Origin: an uncultured virus (IMG/VR IMGVR_UViG_3300027659_000029)
Lineage: Duplodnaviria > Heunggongvirae > Uroviricota > Caudoviricetes
Length of the DNA stretch: 20,000 nucleotides
IMG/VR virus record: IMGVR_UViG_3300027659_000029
Direction: 5' to 3' (one strand)
In this document: positions 1-9,545 of the stretch, piece after piece
Numbering within the stretch: the stretch's first letter is position 1
Layout of the letters: every line of letters starts with the position of its first letter
Position numbers and translations under genes: made by a program
The notes under the pieces: generated by a model
Told to the model about the DNA's origin: nothing
What the model saw: only the letters and a program-made list of their open reading frames with translations
Database searches by the model: none

Positions 1-628
1 AAATTTTATAGATGATAGAATTTACGGCAACAAGGCAAAAACAATATAAAATCCACATTGGAACAATAACACAATTTTCGTATTTAATAAATCCTACATG
101 TGCGGAAAACTTTGTACCAATAGCAAATAAAATAGTACCCCAAAAAGATGCATAGCATTTGTAACACCCTATTAATGGTTTGTAGATTATTGATGGCAAT
201 ACAAACACATTGTATTGTTTTTTTATTTTAATCAATCCATCGTTATCTAATTCAACAATTATATTGTATTTTTCTTCAGCTTTAAATAATACATCTTCCC
301 ACAATCCTTTATGTGAATTATTTATTTCAATACATCCATTATGCAAAATACATTTTTTCAATTCCTCTCTTTCATCAAATGAGCAAGACTTTATTATTTT
401 TTCAAAAAATAATTTCAATTGTTCACCTTGATAATAAACGTAATTTATTTTAGTGGCACATATTAATTTTGTCAATGGGTACAAGATCATTGCCCACAAA
501 TCTACCTTAGTTCCATTTGGGGATATTTCTGTTTCACCTCTTGATGAAATAAATAATCCATTGCAAAAAAGACCGCCAACAATTAGCAGTACAAAAAAAT
601 GAATTATATATTGATAATAACATTCCAT
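1..628 (-). CDS. Membrane protein with CxxC motif (DUF1360-like), 3'-truncated by window edge
   Basis: Not in the ORF track; translated by hand. ATG at 626-628 overlaps the upstream TAA (TAATG). Open for about 209 codons to the edge: MECYYQYIIHFFVLLIVGGLFCNGLFISS...KPLIGCYKCYASFWGTILFAIG...VPMWILYCFCLVAVNSIIYKI. It has three hydrophobic segments. Confidence 0.8.
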   Translation of the reverse strand, partial: MECYYQYIIHFFVLLIVGGLFCNGLFISSRGETEISPNGTKVDLWAMILYPLTKLICATKINYVYYQGEQLKLFFEKIIKSCSFDEREELKKCILHNGCIEINNSHKGLWEDVLFKAEEKYNIIVELDNDGLIKIKKQYNVFVLPSIIYKPLIGCYKCYASFWGTILFAIGTKFSAHVGFIKYENCVIVPMWILYCFCLVAVNSIIYKI

Positions 629-741
629 TACGCAGCCTTTTTAATGCTTTTTGTTTTTATTATTTTAATAAAAATTGGCATTTGTGTAATAATACATCCA
701 CCGCCATTACCGCAAGAATTTTTAATTTTTATTGTTTTCAT
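628..741 (-). CDS. Small basic 37-aa peptide (MKTIKIKNSCGNGGGCIITQMPIFIKIIKTKSIKKAA)
   Basis: Hand-translated. A-rich upstream region, lies downstream of a TAtaTTTG element, and its stop is coupled to the next ATG (TAATG). Confidence 0.6.
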   Translation of the reverse strand: MKTIKIKNSCGNGGGCIITQMPIFIKIIKTKSIKKAA

Positions 742-774
742 GATTTTATTTTTTTAGTTTTTTAATAAGTACCA

Positions 775-782
775 CAAATATA
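775..782 (-). promoter_or_regulatory. Bacteroidota sigma70 -7 element (TAtaTTTG)
   Basis: caaatata on + strand, in the gap ahead of the 741 ORF; -33 element not clear. Confidence 0.5.
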
Positions 783-783
783 A

Positions 784-1560
784 TTAAAACAATCCAATTT
801 GATTCAATTCTTTATTCCAATTTACCAAACTTCCATCACGGGTGTGAATTGAGTAAAGTGAAGTAAACGCCTTAAAAAATTCAGGGAATATATTTCTTTC
901 CCACTCAAGTTCAATATGTGATGTAGATGACGTATCAATTTGCCAAGTATCGTCAGGCATTAGTTTGTAACCTATTTCACTTTTTAATGGTTGTTTTAGA
1001 TATCTAATTTCTATATGGGTTACTGTTCTTGGGCAAACCTTGAATGTAGTTCTATCAATAAACATTCCAATAGGTGAATTATATGTAGGTGGCCTTAATT
1101 TACTTATACTTCTTAAATCATACTCGTCTGATGACAAAATATCAAGTTTTCTATATGTACAAGATTCGGTACGTTTTCCATTTTCAAATAATCCGCTATT
1201 TGTTTCATCTATTGGATCATCCCCACAATCATCACAATCTTTTGGTGGGCAACTGCAAGGTGCTGTTTTGTTTTCGTTTGTTGCTATCGATATAGTCAAT
1301 ACGTTCCTATAATCTTCTGGGATTACAACTAATCCATTTTCAACATTAAGTAATTTACGTTTAAGGAATGGTCTTGCTTTATCAACTATCCTATCATTAT
1401 TTGGATAAATCCTTGCAATAGAATCAAGCAAAAAGTCAGTAACCAACCTACCTGCATTTGAGGCGATATGTGGTGGGAAATGTGCATTTTGTTCTTTATT
1501 CCCTACAAGATTTGATGTTGCTAATACCACTTCTTGCCATGTCAATATTGTATTTGCCAT
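784..1560 (-). CDS. Putative tail ring / tubular (head-tail adaptor) protein
   Basis: 258 aa in the virion cluster. The 'IPEDY', 'PTYNSP' and 'YLKQP' motifs recall crAss-like ring proteins. Contains a Cys-rich loop CSCPPKDCDDC. Confidence 0.55.
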   Translation of the reverse strand: MANTILTWQEVVLATSNLVGNKEQNAHFPPHIASNAGRLVTDFLLDSIARIYPNNDRIVDKARPFLKRKLLNVENGLVVIPEDYRNVLTISIATNENKTAPCSCPPKDCDDCGDDPIDETNSGLFENGKRTESCTYRKLDILSSDEYDLRSISKLRPPTYNSPIGMFIDRTTFKVCPRTVTHIEIRYLKQPLKSEIGYKLMPDDTWQIDTSSTSHIELEWERNIFPEFFKAFTSLYSIHTRDGSLVNWNKELNQIGLF

Positions 1561-1563
1561 TCA

Positions 1564-4500
1564 TTATGATATTAGTAGTTCGTAATTTGTATCAACAATT
1601 TGTGTATACGGCTGTTTTGTTGCTATTGCGCTATCTGCGCCAGATTCATTTGCATAAAGAATGTAATTACCTGATGAATTCCCTGTTACTATGGCTTGTG
1701 TTGTATTTATTGCGGATAACTTTCTAATACCTCCCACTAATGGGAATTCATAATATCTTGATTTGACAGGATGCCAAAACATACCAAGAGTAACCCCATT
1801 CGCTTGTACATTATTACCAAATGTAGAATAATCAACGCCATTGTCAGCAACAAGTGTAATTATTCTATAACTACTTGCAAGTGTTGGATTTGCTGTTGAG
1901 GTATCAAAACCTCTAAGTTTCATACCGCCAGCTGGTGGCGCACCGCCTGCATACTCTTCACTAAATACATAAACACTTTTGCCGTCATAATTTATTTTAG
2001 ATAATGTTATTGGGTAACGTATTTGTGCAACTCCTGTGCCTACACCACCGCTAACACTACAAGTACCATCAACAGTCCCAACGGTATTACTAATTACATC
2101 AATTCCTATGTATTGAGCGGAATCTGTAATATCTGTTAAAGATGTTAAACTGCCTTTAAAATAGTATTTTTTTATAGCCCCAAGCCCAAATACATAAATT
2201 ACTTGAATATTTGTATATGTATTCCCCTCATATGTGTACGTTTCTGTATCAATGTTTATGTTGCCCCCAACAGATGAACCTATATAATCAAGACCCAATG
2301 CTTTTACATTCCAATTTGAACTTGTTGTTACTGTTCCAGATACATAATATACAAAATCAAGTCTTGATGCACCTGTATTGTATATTATAAAACTTGGTTG
2401 CCCATTTATAGTCCCCATTCTTTTTGATCCATATGGTTGATTAAATCTTGCAGCATTTCCCAAATTAGGGACACTTGCAATACCACCATCACAAGCTCCA
2501 GCCAATACATAATTTCTCCAATTTGCTCTTTCATCGCATTCAGTACTTCTTTCACGAATTAATTTACAAAATACACCACCGAATGTAACAAAATATATTG
2601 CAGGGTGACCATTTGTAATTTCATTTCTATCTACATAGATTGATGAAGGATAATAGTATGTTACAGTATCACCATATGTTGGAGTTGTTGGGGTTACAAT
2701 TGGCAAACTTGCATTTAAATTACCAGCAATTTGAAATACTTCTTTTGTAACTGTATTATATGCTCTAATGCACCCGTTGCCTTTTGCGTCAACATTGTTT
2801 ATATAAATATAATCACCATAATAAGGCAAATCATTTATTTGTGGATTATATCTATATGGATACATATACCTTTCTGAATAGTCTACTCTTGGGTATGATG
2901 ATGTTTTTTGTGTTGTTAACTTACACCCTTTGTTTGTTGTTGTTTCAATTATAAATGTACCAGTTTTTGATACCAAATCTCTTGCACATTGGCTATTTGC
3001 TGCCAGTGTATAATCATCACCACCTGCATTTGTATTATATGTTGCAGGTATTGTTGATTCTGAAATATTTATGTTGGCAATTGTATCGCCTGTTATTGTC
3101 GTATTATCATGTAATTGGAAGTCAACTATCTTATCTGATTTTGTAAAATATTTACTATTTAAAACAGCATAGTATGTACTCAATCTATTGACATCCATAA
3201 TTAAAGGTGTGCCGTTTACAATTACCGAACTGCTACATGTTTCGTATAACCAAACAACAACTGTACAAGAGCCATTCGTAGGCACATAGCTTGATATTAT
3301 ACCTGTTTCGTCAGGAGATAAGGAAAATGTACCATATACATTTGTTAAGTCTGAATTGGCATTTAAATCATCAACAAGCATTGATATTGATGTAACTGTT
3401 ATTGGCTCAAACGTAACAATATTACCCCCACAAATTGTAACTTGACTAAATGATAATGGATTTGTTTCTGTTGGTGGCAATCCAGTTTGGCTTATAACAA
3501 TTACATTTGTTTTACAAGGACAAGTATTTATACCTAATACTTCTTGCCAAGCTGCTACTGCACCTGCTGTGGAAGATATTGCATTTAAAATATTGTTTTG
3601 TAATATAGCAAAATTTACAGAAAGACACCAAGTTTTACTACATCCGTCTTGTGATGGAGTAAAGCTAAACCCACTTGTATTATCACATACATCTACTATT
3701 GTATTTTTTGCGGTTATATATATTACGCCATCTCCGCCTGTTGTAATATCAACAGCACACAAACCTGCCAATGTTTTCTCACCAAATGATATTGGGTTCT
3801 TAGTTATTTGTAACCCTTTTTGGCACTTGCAATCACAACCTAAAATATCTTGAATTTGTTTTACTATTTTTTCACTATTTTTCCCATTTGCTTCTTGAAG
3901 CCATGCCATCCCAAATAGCACTTCTACATCTTTAAGTTTTTCTTCCATTTGCTTACCTACCACACCGCCTTTTTCCGCAATTTCAAGTGACTGAGTATAA
4001 CAGCAAAGAAGAGTAGATAAAGCACCTGAGCAAGACACCTGTTCCGCCCAATTAGTAATATATGTGATGTCCATATAATTATGACAACTATCAATTTTAT
4101 ATCTTGCAGTTGTAATAACTTTCACTTGATATAGCCCTGTTATGCTACCATCTAAATCTTGTGAATATGGAACGTAATTGAATGTTTTTTGCTCAATGTA
4201 ATTGTCTGGGTATGTAAGTTTACCAACAAATGTTTTACTTTCAGGTGATAGCCCATTGTATTTAAAATTTGTTTGTTCCTTAATAACCATTTTAGCAGTA
4301 GTGCAGTTTGTATCAACCGAAATACAACCCTGTATATGATTATCAACTTCTAATCTTGGATCATAACAAACAGATACATTAAAAGAACCATCAACATAAC
4401 TAATTAAATCCAAAACATATCTATATTCTATGGTATAATTTCCAAAAAATAATTCACCTGATGAAGATAATGGGATGGTAATATCTGTTTCGCCCAAATT

Positions 4501-4737
4501 TAAATCTAAAAAATAAGTGCCAGAAACAGGAGGAACAATATCACCTACAATATTCCCATTTGGGTCTTTTACAACAAAAATAATTCCTAACGGATTTGAT
4601 GCTTGGAAATCTGATAACTCGGCCGTATTAATATACAGCGTTTTATCATACGGATTAAATACTGTTGTAAATCCAAGTTTATCTATAAAACCTGATACTG
4701 TATTGTTTATTGATTTAGGGTTATTACAAGTAGCCAT
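1564..4737 (-). CDS. Large virion protein (tail fibre/hub-like) with Cys-rich middle region and C-terminal NHL-like beta-propeller
   Basis: 1057 aa, T/S/G/N-rich. CC, CDCKC and CPC clusters. NHL-like motifs 'YYYPSSIYVD', 'AARFNQPYG' and 'AQIRYPITL'. Confidence 0.6.
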   Translation of the reverse strand: MATCNNPKSINNTVSGFIDKLGFTTVFNPYDKTLYINTAELSDFQASNPLGIIFVVKDPNGNIVGDIVPPVSGTYFLDLNLGETDITIPLSSSGELFFGNYTIEYRYVLDLISYVDGSFNVSVCYDPRLEVDNHIQGCISVDTNCTTAKMVIKEQTNFKYNGLSPESKTFVGKLTYPDNYIEQKTFNYVPYSQDLDGSITGLYQVKVITTARYKIDSCHNYMDITYITNWAEQVSCSGALSTLLCCYTQSLEIAEKGGVVGKQMEEKLKDVEVLFGMAWLQEANGKNSEKIVKQIQDILGCDCKCQKGLQITKNPISFGEKTLAGLCAVDITTGGDGVIYITAKNTIVDVCDNTSGFSFTPSQDGCSKTWCLSVNFAILQNNILNAISSTAGAVAAWQEVLGINTCPCKTNVIVISQTGLPPTETNPLSFSQVTICGGNIVTFEPITVTSISMLVDDLNANSDLTNVYGTFSLSPDETGIISSYVPTNGSCTVVVWLYETCSSSVIVNGTPLIMDVNRLSTYYAVLNSKYFTKSDKIVDFQLHDNTTITGDTIANINISESTIPATYNTNAGGDDYTLAANSQCARDLVSKTGTFIIETTTNKGCKLTTQKTSSYPRVDYSERYMYPYRYNPQINDLPYYGDYIYINNVDAKGNGCIRAYNTVTKEVFQIAGNLNASLPIVTPTTPTYGDTVTYYYPSSIYVDRNEITNGHPAIYFVTFGGVFCKLIRERSTECDERANWRNYVLAGACDGGIASVPNLGNAARFNQPYGSKRMGTINGQPSFIIYNTGASRLDFVYYVSGTVTTSSNWNVKALGLDYIGSSVGGNINIDTETYTYEGNTYTNIQVIYVFGLGAIKKYYFKGSLTSLTDITDSAQYIGIDVISNTVGTVDGTCSVSGGVGTGVAQIRYPITLSKINYDGKSVYVFSEEYAGGAPPAGGMKLRGFDTSTANPTLASSYRIITLVADNGVDYSTFGNNVQANGVTLGMFWHPVKSRYYEFPLVGGIRKLSAINTTQAIVTGNSSGNYILYANESGADSAIATKQPYTQIVDTNYELLIS

Positions 4738-4763
4738 GCTATTGATTGTTTATTTTTTAATTT

Positions 4764-4807
4764 AAAAAAAGGAAAGGACTAAAGGCTTTTCGCCAATAGC
4801 CCTTCCC
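4764..4807 (-). terminator. Intrinsic terminator after the capsid gene block
   Basis: Minus strand reads GGGAAGGGCTA-TT-GGC-GAAAA-GCC-TT-TAGTCCTTTCC-T7: an 11-bp stem with 2 G-U pairs, an apical 3-bp stem, then a U-tract. Confidence 0.75.
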
Positions 4808-4837
4808 AAAGGTGTAACCCTTATATATGCGAGTTTA

Positions 4838-5530
4838 CTATAAAAGCGTCCAAGTCATTCCGTAGATAATAGTTCCGCCATTTGCCGTTACTGCTGAAAT
4901 TGTTGCAGGAATACCAATTGATGCAATTGTGTTAGACAAACAAACTTTGTACGTTGTTGTTGTCAGGTCATTTGCTGTATCAGGATACATTGTTATTTCC
5001 CCAATTCTATACTCTCCGACATAGGTTTGAAGTTGTCTTCTAGCAAGTGTAGTTTGCCCATCACCCGTTACAACAACTTTGTAACAATATGTTGTAGCGG
5101 TAAACGAAGGATAGTTTGTGGCATTTTCAAATTGACCAGCAATAACTTGAGTTGATCCCGTACAATCTAAACATTGATTGTTCAATGCATAGACAATGTT
5201 TGTCATTTTATCATTAGGGGTATCTGTTGTTGGAGTATAGGCTATACCAGTAATCCCAGTTCCAGAAATATCCCAAAATGTAAGTACGCCTTGACCTTCA
5301 GTATCTTCTGTAACAATACCACTAATTGCCTTAGCTCCATTTACATCTGGGTAAGTTGCTGAGGTTATATTGTCAACAAGATTGTATTGAATTTCACCAT
5401 TCATACCAGTTTGTGGTTGAAGTTGTGCAGGTCGTGGGTTTATACCTGTTAGTGTGCGTAATACGGTTGATGTGGCATTAAAACCATCATTGCTGTCCCA
5501 TACTTTATACGCTTGAAATAAACTTGCCAT
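4838..5530 (-). CDS. Virion structural protein (possible capsid decoration/auxiliary capsid protein)
   Basis: 230 aa, Thr-rich with predicted beta structure. Last gene before the terminator in the MCP transcription unit. Confidence 0.5.
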   Translation of the reverse strand: MASLFQAYKVWDSNDGFNATSTVLRTLTGINPRPAQLQPQTGMNGEIQYNLVDNITSATYPDVNGAKAISGIVTEDTEGQGVLTFWDISGTGITGIAYTPTTDTPNDKMTNIVYALNNQCLDCTGSTQVIAGQFENATNYPSFTATTYCYKVVVTGDGQTTLARRQLQTYVGEYRIGEITMYPDTANDLTTTTYKVCLSNTIASIGIPATISAVTANGGTIIYGMTWTLL

Positions 5531-5543
5531 TTTATGTATTTTT

Positions 5544-6473
5544 TTATGTTAATTGTAATAATTTACTTTCCATTTTTTTCCATTCAAGGAAACTTTTTTT
5601 ATCAGTCATAGAATAGATTGCCAATTCTTCCGCTATTTCTGATGGTTTTTCTGATTTGAACGTGTTTGGGTGAACTGTTTTTTTGTTTTCGTTTTCGATA
5701 ATTTTACCTTTCAGCATACTTACCGACCCCTCTTTGAACAAATACTCTGTTTGATTTTCTATCTTAGATTTGATTTTATCAATTTTATTAATAAACTCAA
5801 CTCCTTGACTTGCCAATAAGTCTGTAAGCATATCTCTTCGTGTATCTAAATCATATCCACTAGATATTTCAAAGATTTCAGAAAGAACTTCTACATACTC
5901 ATCGTTTTCCATCAAATTCTTTTTGACATCAAACAAAAGTTGTTCTTTTTTGAACAATTCTTTTTTGCTGTTAACGGATTTTGTTCCGTCAAGTTCAACA
6001 AATAGAATTCTTGTGTTTTTGTCACGTCTTTCGTAAGAGCCATTGTATGGTGCGTGTTTAAAAAACTCTAACATCAATGGTGGTGTATTTTCTATTTCAA
6101 ATTCAATTTGGTAATTGCCTCTGTACTCCCACCCAATTTGTTCTGTTTCTGTTATTGCGTCATACTTTTTAAGTTCTTGGTATTTCACATCAAGTGATGG
6201 GCATGAATTAAGAAATCTTATTTCAATAATTTCAGCACCTTCATCTCCAATACCACAAAACTTTATTTTCCCTTCATACTCCCCCTTTGCATTATACTGC
6301 TTTTGAACGGCATGTTCGTAGCCATTTGGCAGCCAAATTTCTGGTGGTTGTACTTCTACTTGAATAGTTGTCCCTCTTTTGTTTCCATTTTCGTCCAACT
6401 CCCCACGTTCCATTAATGTAGGTTTCAAATCTGGGGTAATGTGAATCCTATAAAAGTCTGATTTGTTTTGCAT
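5544..6473 (-). CDS. Conserved hypothetical protein downstream of MCP
   Basis: 309 aa, charged. Its position and the 'FFKHAPYN' motif recall the gene following MCP in crAss-like phages (from memory). Confidence 0.6.
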   Translation of the reverse strand: MQNKSDFYRIHITPDLKPTLMERGELDENGNKRGTTIQVEVQPPEIWLPNGYEHAVQKQYNAKGEYEGKIKFCGIGDEGAEIIEIRFLNSCPSLDVKYQELKKYDAITETEQIGWEYRGNYQIEFEIENTPPLMLEFFKHAPYNGSYERRDKNTRILFVELDGTKSVNSKKELFKKEQLLFDVKKNLMENDEYVEVLSEIFEISSGYDLDTRRDMLTDLLASQGVEFINKIDKIKSKIENQTEYLFKEGSVSMLKGKIIENENKKTVHPNTFKSEKPSEIAEELAIYSMTDKKSFLEWKKMESKLLQLT

Positions 6474-6489
6474 ATATAAAAATTAAAGA

Positions 6490-7920
6490 TTACGGTGTTG
6501 TTTGTTGCGAATTACCATTGATTAAACCAAAGTAACCCACACCATGTATATCAAATCCGAATTGATTTCGTGCGTACACATCTAATGTACGACCACCTCT
6601 CACACGAGTATCATCATACCAAATAGATGCATTTGTTCCATTTTGTGCGGATACTTGCATACCGTCACATCCTTTCAATTTAACAATCTCCATGTTAGGA
6701 ATTTTGCCACCTGTTGATGAGTTAAATGTCATGTCAGGAATCAACAATGCAAAGTTACGCATAATTGAACGATCATAATCCATTTGTTCCCAACCAGTAA
6801 ATCGTGCAAATTTAAAGTCAAATCCAAGACCTAAGAAGTTTTTAATACCTCCAAATCCATACCAATTCAACCAGCCGTTTGCATCACCACCCCAAATTGG
6901 CAAATTGTAGTTATTTGTACCAACGATACGAGCAGCAGCTTTATTCAAATTGCTATACATCTCTTGGTCACACCAAATTGTTGCACTTGTGATACCTTCT
7001 CTAATAAATCGTTTTGAAATAGCAGTCAATGAAGCTACAATAGAATTATAGTTATTGCTGTTGATTGTCATATTGAATTTACCTCTACGAGCAACACTTG
7101 TCAACAAACCATCTGTACCCGAATCAGTAGCCATATTATATGAACCAATCATCATTTGAATGAATTGACCATACATCATATCGTTTGCAATTTGTTGTTG
7201 CACACCTGAGCGTAAGCAAAATGTATCAATTTCTTGACCAGTGATAGTATCCAACATACGCATTGGCGTAGGGATGTTATCATGACCATAATGCGAAATA
7301 GCATCTTGGCAAATTGTTTTACCATTTTCGTATTCTTGGATAACACCATGACCAATGTTTGGTTGTGTTTGCGTGAAACCATTTTTTGCAATATTTCCTG
7401 AACACGCTTTTTGATAAGTGACATTTGGGTCAAACTGCCAAATATATTTTTTAGCTGACAAATCTAATACAGCTCCATCGTTACGATTAAGTGTAACAGT
7501 CCCATTAACTGACGCTTTAACGGTGGCTTGAACAATTACACCTGCAATATTTGTAAAACATTGCGCTCCTACTGGTGGAACAAAAGTACCTGTTGGTGCA
7601 GTTGGTGCTGATACAGTACATGCTACATCCGCTCCTGCACTACCAGCAGCGGTAACGGCAGTTGTGAAGTTATAAGAAAGTTTATTTGACAGAATCTCTT
7701 CCCACATATATTTTCTTGTAGTTACCTCACGATGACCTGCGCCAAGCAAATTTAATCGTTGGTCAAAAATATACATTAGAAAATTAGGCATATTGCCTCT
7801 TAGGATTCTTTCTTGTCTTACATCTGGGCGCAAGAAAATATCGGCATACTCGTTGTATATCGGGAATCCTTGCGAAATCTGTGCGCTTGATAGGGTTTGT
7901 ATTGGACTTTGATTTGCCAT
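6490..7920 (-). CDS. Major capsid protein (putative, HK97 fold)
   Basis: 476 aa, directly after an acidic coiled-coil scaffold-like gene. Carries 'KYMWEE' and 'TDGLL' motifs and an A/T/V-rich insertion domain, typical of crAss-like/Bacteroidota phage MCPs. Confidence 0.75.
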   Translation of the reverse strand: MANQSPIQTLSSAQISQGFPIYNEYADIFLRPDVRQERILRGNMPNFLMYIFDQRLNLLGAGHREVTTRKYMWEEILSNKLSYNFTTAVTAAGSAGADVACTVSAPTAPTGTFVPPVGAQCFTNIAGVIVQATVKASVNGTVTLNRNDGAVLDLSAKKYIWQFDPNVTYQKACSGNIAKNGFTQTQPNIGHGVIQEYENGKTICQDAISHYGHDNIPTPMRMLDTITGQEIDTFCLRSGVQQQIANDMMYGQFIQMMIGSYNMATDSGTDGLLTSVARRGKFNMTINSNNYNSIVASLTAISKRFIREGITSATIWCDQEMYSNLNKAAARIVGTNNYNLPIWGGDANGWLNWYGFGGIKNFLGLGFDFKFARFTGWEQMDYDRSIMRNFALLIPDMTFNSSTGGKIPNMEIVKLKGCDGMQVSAQNGTNASIWYDDTRVRGGRTLDVYARNQFGFDIHGVGYFGLINGNSQQTTP

Positions 7921-7942
7921 TTTTTAGTTTTTTATATTTTAA

Positions 7943-8956
7943 TTATAGACTATCTAAATAATTTTTGTATTGTTGTCTTGAATCAACTGTTTTTGTTGCT
8001 TCGGTAATATTTTTTGGTGGTGCTGTAAATGGTGATTTTGCTCCTATTGCCAATGATTTAAAACGGTCATCTGCTTTTTGCCATACAGCATCAGCAACTG
8101 CTTGTAAAACATCTTGTTTTTTACCTGCCATTTCACCAAGTAATTGACCAAGTATTTTTTCGGATGCATTTCTATCTTCTACAAATGCGGAAAACAACCA
8201 ATCGTTTTGAACCTTACCTTCTTCTGTATTTGTAAAGTGATTTTTTAAATCATCAAATGATATATTAGGTTTTACTTCAACCTGTATTTTTTCACCATTT
8301 ACAATTACATCTTTTACAATAGGGTGGTTATTAAATTCAGAAATAATAGTTTCTTGTTGTTTTCTGTAATCACCCATATTGGTCATTGCAACAAATTCAC
8401 TTTTAATTCCATGCACCTTATCTGTAATAGGCTTACGAATTTCAGAAGCCTCTTTTTCAATTAATGATTTACCTAAAGCTACAATTTTTTCATTTGAGCT
8501 ATTTAAGTTGTACTCATCTTCAAACGCCTCTTTTATTTCATCTTCAGTTAACGTGTCATCATTTTCTAATTGTTCAGCTTTGAACTTTTCGTATACTAAT
8601 GAGTTATCATCAACTTTACTTATTGATTCAAATTTCAATACTTCATCTTTTGACAATTTATTGCTTTTGATCCCATAGTTTACTAATTCCGCAAAAGCCA
8701 TTTCCTCTTTAGGTGGTTTGGACTTTTCTTCTTTTACCTTTTTTAGTTCGGCAATGTCTTCGGCAGTCAAACCTTGTTCTTTTAACATTTCTGCGTAAGC
8801 AGTTTCTTTTGAAAAGGTGGTTTGTTGTTCGGCAGATTTAATTGCCTCCGCTGAACCAGCATCAATTGATTGTGTAGATTGTGGTACAATCGTTTCGGCA
8901 GAAGGTGTTTTAACTCCTTCTATTAATGTTTCGATATTTTGTGTTTCTGTACTCAT
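7943..8956 (-). CDS. Putative capsid scaffolding protein
   Basis: E/K-rich and helical, immediately upstream of MCP. Start moved to ATG 8956 (MSTETQ), which lies downstream of the promoter at 8984-8991. Confidence 0.6.
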   Translation of the reverse strand: MSTETQNIETLIEGVKTPSAETIVPQSTQSIDAGSAEAIKSAEQQTTFSKETAYAEMLKEQGLTAEDIAELKKVKEEKSKPPKEEMAFAELVNYGIKSNKLSKDEVLKFESISKVDDNSLVYEKFKAEQLENDDTLTEDEIKEAFEDEYNLNSSNEKIVALGKSLIEKEASEIRKPITDKVHGIKSEFVAMTNMGDYRKQQETIISEFNNHPIVKDVIVNGEKIQVEVKPNISFDDLKNHFTNTEEGKVQNDWLFSAFVEDRNASEKILGQLLGEMAGKKQDVLQAVADAVWQKADDRFKSLAIGAKSPFTAPPKNITEATKTVDSRQQYKNYLDSL

Positions 8957-8983
8957 TTTTTTTGCATATATTAGATTACAACC

Positions 8984-9025
8984 CAAAAGTAATTATTGTT
9001 TTATATATCAATATTTGTATATTTG
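8984..9025. promoter_or_regulatory. Back-to-back divergent Bacteroidota promoters
   Basis: Minus: TActTTTG at 8984-8991, with TTG at 9009-9011. Plus: TTG at 8996-8998, 19-nt spacer, TAtaTTTG at 9018-9025. Confidence 0.7.
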
Positions 9026-9050
9026 CGTTATACAATATAATATTGTAAAT

Positions 9051-9545
9051 ATGGCAAAATCAAATAGCTTCACAATGTTCATGGGTAAAAAAGTAAAACC
9101 TAAGAACAATAGCGTACCACAATACTACGATGAATCAGAGTATATACAGCTTTTAATTGACGCTGAAAACGCAGGGCTAACCCCAAGTAAATTTAAATCT
9201 ATTCTATCACAGCCATGCCAATGTTGTGGCAACGATAAAGTGATGTTAGAGTTGATTAAAAAAGATATGAGAAAGAAATCAAATGGGCATAGTGTTCATT
9301 TGTTTATATATCAATCATCTGACATAAATAAACATACTGAATTAACCGAATTAAAAATTGATTGCATTTTATCATCTATGCTTCGTGTTGGGGCAAGTTC
9401 AAAAGTATATACACCAAAAGAAACTCATAAATATAAAGAGGGTAAAAAAGATGCCACAATAACTGTATTTAAAGATGGAATAAGGGGCAGTACGGTTAAT
9501 TGCATAATAAAAGAAAACACAATTTATCCTAATGAAAATATTTGA
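9051..9545 (+). CDS. Putative ribbon-helix-helix (MobC/CopG-like) DNA-binding protein with CxCC motif
   Basis: Start at ATG 9051 after the promoter. 'SVPQYYDESEYIQLLIDAENAGLTPSKFKSIL' fits the RHH pattern and is followed by PCQCCG. Confidence 0.55.
   Translation: MAKSNSFTMFMGKKVKPKNNSVPQYYDESEYIQLLIDAENAGLTPSKFKSILSQPCQCCGNDKVMLELIKKDMRKKSNGHSVHLFIYQSSDINKHTELTELKIDCILSSMLRVGASSKVYTPKETHKYKEGKKDATITVFKDGIRGSTVNCIIKENTIYPNENI

Noticed and set aside
4835..4840. TAG stop-codon reassignment as in some crAss-like phages (TAG followed by TAA here)
   Set aside because: Genes are full-length and densely packed under code 11; no fragmentation at TAG or TGA and no suppressor tRNA seen.
6490..7920. 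476-aa protein as portal
   Set aside because: Its G/A/T/N-rich mixed alpha/beta composition and position after the scaffold-like gene fit MCP rather than a helical portal.
210..8678. Short ORFs in the track overlapping the structural genes (210, 1040, 1089, 1458, 2955, 3569, 4152, 4517, 5174, 6115, 7176, 7965, 8379)
   Set aside because: They are antisense or out-of-frame shadows of longer genes, including the hand-found 1-628 ORF, and have no recognisable motifs.
8817..9050. N-terminal extension of the 242-aa plus ORF (likewise extensions of ORFs to 8986, 12931, 13342 and 18941)
   Set aside because: The extensions overlap opposite genes or span promoter elements; internal ATGs with A-rich leaders fit better.
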